Below, in pieces: positions 21,501-29,577 of a DNA stretch of 64,000 nt. The stretch is from a bacterium (GTDB lineage: Bacteria > Electryoneota > Electryoneia > Electryoneales > Electryoneaceae), in NCBI GenBank assembly GCA_019912845.1, contig JAIOHU010000228.1, forward strand, positions 1,509 through 65,508, given 5' to 3'. Numbering within the stretch: position 1 is the first letter of the stretch; each line of letters begins with the position of its first letter. The notes beneath the pieces are model-generated. The model searched no databases and had not been told where the DNA came from. It saw nothing but the letters and a program-made list of their open reading frames with translations. The translations under genes were made by a program, and so were the position numbers.

Positions 21501-21678
21501 TGAATTAAGGCTTTTTGATGTACTTGGACGGGAAGTATTAACTTTGCTGAACTCCTCACAAACAGCAGGACGACATTCTCTTAGTTTCGGTTCAAACAAC
21601 CTTGCATCAGGAATTTACATCTTATCTCTGAAATCAGGAGACTTCACTGACCAGAAACGTATGGTACTCTTGAAATAA
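18505..21678 (+). CDS. large secreted protein (1057 aa) with T9SS C-terminal sorting domain; function unknown
   Basis: N-terminal signal peptide (…[12 protein letters not shown]). C-terminus [39 protein letters not shown]…[22 protein letters not shown]. Internal repeated modules with W/G/D periodicity, similar to 10896..12602. Confidence 0.75.
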   Translation: [1057 protein letters not shown]

Positions 21679-21972
21679 CCAGAATAGTAGCTTATACCTA
21701 CTTCGGATAGGTTGCTGGACGAATTGTGGTGGCGGGTGGCCCGAGGAATGAGAGGTATTGTTATTGTGAGTGGTATTGAACTGCAGAATCATAGGAATAG
21801 CCAATCTTGAACATCAAATACTCATCCCCGGGTTTCAAGGAATACTCAGATAGAGATTCACGGAGATTGATCAATAGAATGATATTTTATTAAATGTTCA
21901 GGTTCCAAAAACATCATGATTTTTTGCTTTTGATAAATTTCAATCCCCGTGCCACCCATCTTACCGCAATAT

Positions 21973-22198
21973 CTGCGGATGTTGCGGAACGGGAGTACGG
22001 GGGGGATGCGCATTTACTCCCGGGTTCCGCTTCGCTGCACCACAGGGCTACCCAAATCTCACCACGCTGTGGTGAAATCCTCAAGACCAAACTTTGAAAT
22101 AATATACCGATGGATTTATTAGACTTTGGATAAATCCAAAGCCAGAAGCTGCACCACGGGGCTACCGAAATACAACCGCGCTGAGGTTGATTGAATGG
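21973..22198. repeat. cluster of repeat elements: R5 (21973-21990), R3 (22031-22080), R4 partial (22108-22146), R3 (22148-22198)
   Basis: See family definitions. R3 copy at 22031 carries compensatory changes in both hairpin arms (tcaccacGCTgtggtga vs caaccgcGCTgcggttg). Confidence 0.7.
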
Positions 22199-22216
22199 TG
22201 TAGTGAAATAAACTGA

Positions 22217-23344
22217 TTACTCCACCGTTTTCTTGAAACGTATTACCGCTGCGCTGAAGAAAAGTATACCCAATGTCAGTAATGCGGCATATTCATCCCA
22301 GATATCGAAAAATCCAACTCCTTTAAGGAAGAGCCCCCGTAAAATTGGCAGGAAATAACGAAGCGGATTGATGTAGGTGAGGTATTGAACAAACGCTGGC
22401 ATATTTTCAAGAGGATAAAAAAAGCCACTGGTCAAAATTCCATAAACCAGGAAGAACCATACGGTAAACATCGCCTGTTGCTGGGTTCGTGAAACAGCAC
22501 TGGCAAATACTCCAACGCTCAGGGTTACCATGATATAGAGTAGCGCACCGAGGAATAAAAGCAATATCGATCCCGTGAATGGCAGTTTGAAATAAAGGAC
22601 CGCAAACAGTGTCGCGAAGGTTAGTTCAATCATTCCCAGGATGAGAAAAGGGATGGTCTTTCCGGCGATTAACTGCAAGGGAGTGATTGGAGTAACCATC
22701 AGCTGTTCCAGTGTCCCCACTTCTTTTTCCTTGACAACTGCCATGCCGGTGAGGAAGGCGGTTATGATGGTTACAATCAATGCGACAATGCCCGGGATCA
22801 TGTAATCACGACTGGTCAGATCGGGATTGTAGAAAAAGCGTGTGGTGGCTGTAATTCGTCCAATTGGCAGTGAGAAAGCGGAAGCATTCAGTGTTGAGTT
22901 CTCGAGTAATCGCTGGTTTTCCTGACGCAGGATTCCCAGAGTATACCCACCAGCTCGTCCCGCGATACTTGAATTTCGTCCATCCAGGAATACACCCACC
23001 TGAGCCGATTGGTGACGTGATTGCGCTTCAGCATATCCTCTTGGAATCCACAAAATAAGATCAACTTGATCCGATCCCAGTCGATCCTCGAGGTTATCCG
23101 GGGTAACATCACTTTTTGCTGGCAGAAACAGATCGGAGGCATACATGGATTTGATCAATTGCCTGCTCTGGGGAGTATGATCCTGATCGACAATTGCGGT
23201 TTTTACATTTTTCAAATCCGTGTTGACTGCATATCCGAGAATGAGAAGCTGCACGAATGGGATAAGGATAATGATCCGTGCCATCATGTGGTCACGAAAG
23301 ATCTGCCGGAATTCCTTTATCACCAGGTAACGTATTATTTGCAT
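22217..23344 (-). CDS. ABC-2 family transporter permease (YbhR/YbhS-like)
   Basis: N-terminal TM, large periplasmic loop, then a 5-TM ABC2_membrane domain. Last gene of the efflux operon. Confidence 0.85.
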   Translation of the reverse strand: MQIIRYLVIKEFRQIFRDHMMARIIILIPFVQLLILGYAVNTDLKNVKTAIVDQDHTPQSRQLIKSMYASDLFLPAKSDVTPDNLEDRLGSDQVDLILWIPRGYAEAQSRHQSAQVGVFLDGRNSSIAGRAGGYTLGILRQENQRLLENSTLNASAFSLPIGRITATTRFFYNPDLTSRDYMIPGIVALIVTIITAFLTGMAVVKEKEVGTLEQLMVTPITPLQLIAGKTIPFLILGMIELTFATLFAVLYFKLPFTGSILLLFLGALLYIMVTLSVGVFASAVSRTQQQAMFTVWFFLVYGILTSGFFYPLENMPAFVQYLTYINPLRYFLPILRGLFLKGVGFFDIWDEYAALLTLGILFFSAAVIRFKKTVE

Positions 23345-23350
23345 GATCTA

Positions 23351-24454
23351 TTACTCCAACCTGTCTCTGAATCTCGCGACTGCGAGGGTCATGAGGAAGA
23401 TCGCCATTCCCAGCATGATCCCACCTTCCAACGGATACCAGGCGTGACCGGACAACATGATACCTCGTAAAATCTTCAAATAGTAAAAAGCTGGATTAGC
23501 ATGGCATACAACCTGCAGCCAGAGCGGCATTGAATCCACACTGAAAATGAAACCAGATAATAGAAGTGTCGGCAGCAAAGTTGCCAGAAGTGCCATCATC
23601 ATGGCAACCTGCTGTGTTTTCGAGACTGAGCTGATCAACAGACCAAATGAAAGAGCGATCAGCAGGTACATGGTGCTGTAACCCGCAAGTACCAGCCATG
23701 AGCCAGCCATGGGGACTTTGAAGACGAAGTAACCCACAATCAGTACCAGAGCTGCATCAAACGCACTTATCAGCATGTACGGCATCACTTTACCGATCAT
23801 TACATTGCGTGCGAGTACCGGAGTGGTCAATATCTGCTCGAGGGTTCCAGTTTCTTTTTCTCGTGCAACCGCAATACTTGTCAGCAATGCGCAGATCATC
23901 ATCATGATAACCGCCACCAATCCGGGGACTACAAAATCTGCGCTTCGTAGTTGCGGGTTGAAGAAAAAGCGGATTCTTGGATCAAGAAGAGTTGCTTGAA
24001 ATTCTCGGTTCTCAACTAAACGGTTATTCAGCAGAATAACGACTTGTGAGATATAGTTATCGACAGTCTGAGCGGTAGTAGCATCTGCGCCATCGACAAG
24101 TACCTGAACAGGACTCTCCTCCCCACGTGTGACTTTTTCATCAAAGCCTTTTGGGATGATAATTGCGGCACGATACTCGCTACGTCTGAAACCCGCCTCG
24201 ATTTGATCACGGCTTGCCAAATCTGCATTTTTGATGAAAAATTCGCTGGAGGTCATGTGGCTGATAAACTCACGCGAGAGTGGGGTACGATCCTGATCGA
24301 GAATGGCAATTGGGAGATCACGCAGCTCCATATCAATTGCGTAACCAAACAGCAGCAGCATCATCAAGGGCATGAGAACGGAGACCATCAGGCTGCGTGG
24401 GTCACGGAGGATATGAAAAACCTCCTTCCGTGCGATGGCGAGGGTACGTTTCAT
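23351..24454 (-). CDS. ABC-2 family transporter permease (YbhS/YbhR-like)
   Basis: Paralogous architecture to 22217..23344. 4-nt overlap with the upstream ATPase gene. Confidence 0.85.
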   Translation of the reverse strand: MKRTLAIARKEVFHILRDPRSLMVSVLMPLMMLLLFGYAIDMELRDLPIAILDQDRTPLSREFISHMTSSEFFIKNADLASRDQIEAGFRRSEYRAAIIIPKGFDEKVTRGEESPVQVLVDGADATTAQTVDNYISQVVILLNNRLVENREFQATLLDPRIRFFFNPQLRSADFVVPGLVAVIMMMICALLTSIAVAREKETGTLEQILTTPVLARNVMIGKVMPYMLISAFDAALVLIVGYFVFKVPMAGSWLVLAGYSTMYLLIALSFGLLISSVSKTQQVAMMMALLATLLPTLLLSGFIFSVDSMPLWLQVVCHANPAFYYLKILRGIMLSGHAWYPLEGGIMLGMAIFLMTLAVARFRDRLE

Positions 24455-25194
24455 GATTCAACCAACTTTAAGAAGACATCCTGCATCGTGGTTACCTTCT
24501 GCTGTTTTTTCAACTCTCTGGGTGTATCCAGTGCAACAATTTTGCCATGTACCATGATGGAAACACGTGAGCAGTATTCCGCTTCATCCATATAGTGAGT
24601 TGTCACAAAAATTGTTGTTCCTGACTCTGCTAACTCGTAAATCAAATCCCAGAATTTCCTCCTGGCGATAGGGTCTACACCACTGGTGGGTTCATCGAGG
24701 AGAATGATACCCGGATTGTGGGGGATTGCACAGCCAAGAGCAAGCCGTTGCTTGAAGCCGAGGGGTAGTTCAACTGTCATGGTGTTGCGATATTCAGCAA
24801 GTTGAAGTCTTGCCAGCATGATGTCCGAAGCAGATTCTATTTCAGATTTTGACAGTCCGTAAATTCCGCCGTAAAACTCAAGGTTTTCCCACACCTTCAA
24901 GTCATTGTAGAGACTGAACTTCTGGCTCATGTAGCCGATACGTCTTTTGATTTTTTCTGCTGATTTGCTGACCGGCAAACCTTCGATCCAGGCTTCTCCC
25001 TCTGATGGACGTAACAGACCACAGAGCATACGTATTGCGGTAGTTTTGCCGGCACCATTCGCGCCAAGAAAACCGAATATCTCACCCTTTTGCACTTGCA
25101 GGTCGATGCTGTTTACAGCTGTAAAATCACCAAACCGTCTGGTCAGTTTTTCCGCTTTCACCGCGATGTGGTTATTTGACTCAGGCTTGCTCAA
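24451..25194 (-). CDS. ABC transporter ATP-binding protein
   Basis: Walker A GANGAGKTT, LSGG-like signature, Walker B LLDEPTSGVD, H-loop. Confidence 0.9.
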   Translation of the reverse strand: MSKPESNNHIAVKAEKLTRRFGDFTAVNSIDLQVQKGEIFGFLGANGAGKTTAIRMLCGLLRPSEGEAWIEGLPVSKSAEKIKRRIGYMSQKFSLYNDLKVWENLEFYGGIYGLSKSEIESASDIMLARLQLAEYRNTMTVELPLGFKQRLALGCAIPHNPGIILLDEPTSGVDPIARRKFWDLIYELAESGTTIFVTTHYMDEAEYCSRVSIMVHGKIVALDTPRELKKQQKVTTMQDVFLKLVES

Positions 25195-25290
25195 TTGAAT
25201 GTTACTCTTTTGTAACTATAATTGACGTTATTTAACAAGTATTTGCTTATCATTGGTTTACTTTACGCTTCTACTTACTGGATGCTCGGC

Positions 25291-25339
25291 CTGCGGCCAG
25301 GTTCTACGAATCCAGCTAAATGCATGCTGGAATGACGCG
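25291..25339. repeat. R1 element (long-variant core) between the two ABC ATPase genes
   Basis: ctgcggccaggttctacgaatccagctaaatgcatgctggaatgacgcg. Confidence 0.6.
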
Positions 25340-25377
25340 ATAATTGAATATCTCTATGTGAATCTGAAATGGTACGT

Positions 25378-26286
25378 TCAACTTTCCATGAGTGAGACGA
25401 ATGCATCTTCGATTGAAGGAGATATGTCATTTACTTCGACAGGTAAATCATTGAGAACTTCACGTATGCTTTCAAGTTCATTCTCAGTTTGATAACTGAT
25501 GTGGAAGCGGTCACCAAACCTTTGAACGCTGTTCTTGTTCTCAAGTAACCTGTTGTGAACCAGTTTCCACGATTCATTTTGCTTCATCTCCACATCCAGC
25601 AGTCTACCCTTAAATGATGCAGCCACTGCTTCAGGTGTTCCCTGTGTCATAAACTTCCCTTTGTGCATCAAGGCAAGTTGGTCACACAATTGAGCTTCAT
25701 CCATGTAGGCTGTACTCACCAGTATCGCCAGACCCTGATCTGCCAAAGTTTTCAGGATTTGCCAGAATTCTTTGCGGCTGACCGGATCGACTCCGAAGGT
25801 AGGTTCATCCAGTACCAGCACATCTGGAGTGTGGATCAAAGTGCAAATCAACGCCAGTTTCTGTTTCATTCCACCAGAAAGTGCACCAGCTTTACGTTTA
25901 CGAAATTTATCAAGACGGCTGAAATGCATAAGTTCTGGCAATCTTTCATTAAATTCCTTTTTAAAAACCAGGTACATATCGGCGAAGAAACGCAGGTTTT
26001 CCAGGACACTCAAATCCGGGTAGAGGCTGAATCGTTGCGGCATATAGCCGATGTGATCCTTTACCTTGGCATGCTGTGCAACTGGATCATATCCAAACAC
26101 CGATATTTTCCCCGAATCGGGCAGCAACAACCCGCAAACCATACGCAGGATGCTGGTTTTTCCCGCACCATCCGGACCGATCAAGCCATAGATTTCACCC
26201 TGACCCAAGCTCAAATCGACCCCGTTTACAGCTTGGGTTGCGCCATAGCTGCGTACGAGGTTTTCTATTTGAATACCCTTTTTCAC
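25378..26286 (-). CDS. ABC transporter ATP-binding protein (second ATPase)
   Basis: GPDGAGKTS, LSGGMKQKL, LVLDEPTFGVDP. 4-nt overlap with hlyD-like gene. Confidence 0.9.
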   Translation of the reverse strand: MKKGIQIENLVRSYGATQAVNGVDLSLGQGEIYGLIGPDGAGKTSILRMVCGLLLPDSGKISVFGYDPVAQHAKVKDHIGYMPQRFSLYPDLSVLENLRFFADMYLVFKKEFNERLPELMHFSRLDKFRKRKAGALSGGMKQKLALICTLIHTPDVLVLDEPTFGVDPVSRKEFWQILKTLADQGLAILVSTAYMDEAQLCDQLALMHKGKFMTQGTPEAVAASFKGRLLDVEMKQNESWKLVHNRLLENKNSVQRFGDRFHISYQTENELESIREVLNDLPVEVNDISPSIEDAFVSLMES

Positions 26287-27182
26287 TTCACATTTTCCCG
26301 ATTCAAGATCATCTCAGCGGGCATTCCGATGTGCAGTTTATTTTCTGGATTATCAACTCGCAGTGTTACAGCGTAGACTAATTGTGAACGAGCGTCACGT
26401 GTCTGCACATTTTTCGGAGTAAATTCAGCGACATCACTCACCATGGAGATTTTACTCTTGAGCAGTTTATCGCCAAGTGCATCCACTCGTATAGCGAATT
26501 CTTTACCGAGGATCATTTCGTCCATCATTTCCATGTCCACGAAGACACGCAAGTCCATTGTTTCAAGATTTGCTATTTTGAAAGCGGTCTGACCGGCGCG
26601 TAAAACCTCACCTTCTTCAATGGCACGTAATAAAACAGTTCCGCTAACTGGTGCCAGTACTGTTCCCTCCTCAAGTTGCCGATCAAATACTGCCAGGGCA
26701 GCATCCAGTTTTTCACTTTCTGCATTTAATGATTTGAGCTGATGTTTCGCAGTTGCAAGTTTACGTTTGGCGGATTCAAATGCTGTGCTCGCTTCATCCA
26801 GCTTTTGTTGCGAGGTATTTCCATTCTGGTGAAGTTCTTTTGTTCGCTTATACGTTTTTTCGATAAGCGACAAACTCTCTTCAGCGAGGGAGATTTGTTC
26901 CTCTGCGATCTGCCATTGAGTCTCAATACTTTTTCGATTTGTTGCGGTCTGTGCCCGTTGCAATGAAAGCAATTCCAAATCCTGAAGCAGTAGTGTGTCA
27001 CCCATACTTACTGTCTGCCCCTGATCGACATAGACTTTGAGTACCCGTGCTGTTTGAGTCGAAGCGATGTGTATCTCATCCGCCTCAAGAGTGCCCGAAG
27101 GATTCTGAAATTTGCCGCCCTCACAGCCCGAAATCAGTAGACCGAGGAACAATAGTAAACTGAAACTTCTAATCGTTTTCAT
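26283..27182 (-). CDS. HlyD-family membrane fusion (periplasmic adaptor) protein
   Basis: Lipoprotein-like N-terminus (LISGCEG), long coiled-coil, beta-barrel C-terminus. Confidence 0.85.
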   Translation of the reverse strand: MKTIRSFSLLLFLGLLISGCEGGKFQNPSGTLEADEIHIASTQTARVLKVYVDQGQTVSMGDTLLLQDLELLSLQRAQTATNRKSIETQWQIAEEQISLAEESLSLIEKTYKRTKELHQNGNTSQQKLDEASTAFESAKRKLATAKHQLKSLNAESEKLDAALAVFDRQLEEGTVLAPVSGTVLLRAIEEGEVLRAGQTAFKIANLETMDLRVFVDMEMMDEMILGKEFAIRVDALGDKLLKSKISMVSDVAEFTPKNVQTRDARSQLVYAVTLRVDNPENKLHIGMPAEMILNRENVK

Positions 27183-27202
27183 AATCTATCCCTGAAAGAA
27201 TT

Positions 27203-28501
27203 CTATTTTCCAAGTACGTAAAGAAGCTGAATTTCAGTCAATCGAAGCTGAGCTAACAGAACATTGTGCTCAATTTCAACCGCATGGGTTTCAAATTCTG
27301 TGTCCAGATATTCCTTCTCTTCCAGATCACCGGAATTGTATCTGGACTTTTTTTGTTCCAACAGTTCATTTTGCAATAACAATCGTTTCGTGCTGATTTG
27401 GAGCTGTTCTGAAAGAGAATCATACAGACTGTTAAGCTGATTTTGCCGATTTGAGTACTGACCGACCACCTCGAGTCGCGTTTTAGCAATGATATCGCGT
27501 TTCAAGTCCAGAATTTCGATGTTCTTTTTCCTTGCATTCCAATCCCATAATGTCCAGGACATGGAAGCTCCGATGGTACCATAGCCCATCCAATCATTTT
27601 CAATCAGATTGATACCGGGACGTCCATAATGGTAGGCAATTTCAGCATTCAACGACGGCAGGAAGCTGGCTTCAACACTACGCTTTGACCAGATCAGACT
27701 TTCAGATTTTTTTTCGAAAGAGAGTATATCTGGACGAGAGTTTAATGCTTGAGTATTTTCACGAGTTTCATGACTTATAAGGGAATTTGTCAAGTCACCT
27801 TCAGGGACGATATCTGACTCTGTTTTGCCGATCAGATAACTCAGTTCCAGTCTTTTTCTTATCATCGCAGATTCAGCTTGCTTGACCTGCTGTTTCGCCT
27901 GTTCTACACGAATTTGTACTTCGAGCAATACCTCGCGGTTCAACATCCCTGCTTCAATCCCCTCCTGTACTGATTGCAGGTGACTCTCAACACGATTCAG
28001 TTGAGTTTGAGCAATTTCGAGAACTTCCTGAGCTTGAAGGGTTTCATAGAAAGCAACTCGAACATTGTGCAATACTTTTAGACTATCGGCTTTGCTAAGT
28101 TGACGTTTCGCCTTCTCAAGCTCACGTTTTGAATTCGTTCTCGCTTTAATTGCACCACCCTGAAATAACGTACTGCCTGCCCTGACCGCGATATCGGTTG
28201 TAAGTCCATCTCCAAATTCAATTGTTCGTGGTGATGAACCTGGTGCTGAGGGTAAGGTGAGCTCCATGATTTCGGATGCGTATTGAAATTTTCCCTGGGC
28301 TTGGACCATTGGCAAACGTGCCCCAGCAGCCAGCTCTGTTTCGATAGTCGCCTGATTTACTACAAGAACGCTGGCTCGCAAAGTGTTCGAACTGTTCAAT
28401 GCCGCCACTTCGCACTGATCTAATGTCCATTTCTCCTGCGCTTGAACTTGCGCTATAACTGCAAATAGCAGGAGTGCAGAGACTATTTGTAGACGATTCA
28501 T
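27203..28501 (-). CDS. TolC-family outer-membrane efflux protein
   Basis: Signal peptide. Two repeated helix/strand halves, 432 aa. Confidence 0.8.
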   Translation of the reverse strand: MNRLQIVSALLLFAVIAQVQAQEKWTLDQCEVAALNSSNTLRASVLVVNQATIETELAAGARLPMVQAQGKFQYASEIMELTLPSAPGSSPRTIEFGDGLTTDIAVRAGSTLFQGGAIKARTNSKRELEKAKRQLSKADSLKVLHNVRVAFYETLQAQEVLEIAQTQLNRVESHLQSVQEGIEAGMLNREVLLEVQIRVEQAKQQVKQAESAMIRKRLELSYLIGKTESDIVPEGDLTNSLISHETRENTQALNSRPDILSFEKKSESLIWSKRSVEASFLPSLNAEIAYHYGRPGINLIENDWMGYGTIGASMSWTLWDWNARKKNIEILDLKRDIIAKTRLEVVGQYSNRQNQLNSLYDSLSEQLQISTKRLLLQNELLEQKKSRYNSGDLEEKEYLDTEFETHAVEIEHNVLLAQLRLTEIQLLYVLGK

Positions 28502-29220
28502 CCCTCCCTCTCTGTAGCAATACCATGTAACAGTATTTCACTGAATACCTTCTTGTGACTTTCCCAAATTTCAGAGTCGAGGAGGTCATCTTGAAATGCT
28601 TCCCCGATCAATGGCTGAACAAAAACTGTCCCATAGCTTAACGCAATCAGAAAATAGAGAATCGAATTAACCGGCAACTCACGAATCACGCCGTCACCCT
28701 GAGCATTATTAATCTGCCAGGTTAAAAGTTCACGTAACCCCTTGGGGCCGGAAATCCCCATTGTTTTGATGAGCATTGTCACCCTAGGGGATCCTGATGC
28801 CAGTTCACGTAAAATGACACGTGACCAATCAGGGTTCTCTCGTAATACCTCAATCAATATGAGAGGGAAGCGCGGGATAAACTCACCAGCACTCCACGCA
28901 GTATCTACTCGTGCTGCCAAAGCTTTGAACAGCATAAAAAATTGCGTCATAACAACCTGTTGATAGAGCTTTTCCTTGTTGCCGAAGTAATAGTTTATCA
29001 TCGCCTGATTTACATCTGCCAACTGTGCTATCTCACGTGTGCTCGAAGCATCCGCACCTTTTTCGGCAAACAGTTTCAACGCCGCAGCCAGTATTCGCCC
29101 ACGTGGCGATTCCTCTTCTATATCCACTGTCTCGACAGGAATTTTATCGAGGAAAACTTTCAGCATGTTCCCAACAGTAAGGCGTTTAGTAGCTTTATCA
29201 GGTTGATCTGGTGTCGTCAT
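28498..29220 (-). CDS. TetR/AcrR family transcriptional regulator
   Basis: N-terminal HTH AALKLFAEKGADASSTREIAQLADVNQAMINYYFGNKEKLY. First gene of the operon (overlaps tolC start). Confidence 0.85.
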   Translation of the reverse strand: MTTPDQPDKATKRLTVGNMLKVFLDKIPVETVDIEEESPRGRILAAALKLFAEKGADASSTREIAQLADVNQAMINYYFGNKEKLYQQVVMTQFFMLFKALAARVDTAWSAGEFIPRFPLILIEVLRENPDWSRVILRELASGSPRVTMLIKTMGISGPKGLRELLTWQINNAQGDGVIRELPVNSILYFLIALSYGTVFVQPLIGEAFQDDLLDSEIWESHKKVFSEILLHGIATEREG

Positions 29221-29577
29221 GCTCTGCTTCTTTACTTATTCGTTTGATTTAATCATTCGTTTAATTAAAACTACGGCGTATTCTATCGGTGCGCAAGAGC
29301 ACCCCTTTATCGGCAACTCCATGAGAGCAAGCTGAAATTGAGTGGTGAGTAAATGCTGAATTGTTTTATCCTGAGCCCATGCCAAGGGAACCAAATACTG
29401 TCTTGCCGGTAGAGTAGAGATCAAGTGAGTAAAACGAGTAGAACTCTTGATCGAATGACTTCACTATAGAAATTATTCAATTGTGGACAAGTCCAAATCC
29501 AGCCATCATAGAGAAATCTTTTTCAAGATAGTCGCAGCCGGAAGTTTTTCGTCGTATTTTCCCTGTTTAATTGAACA

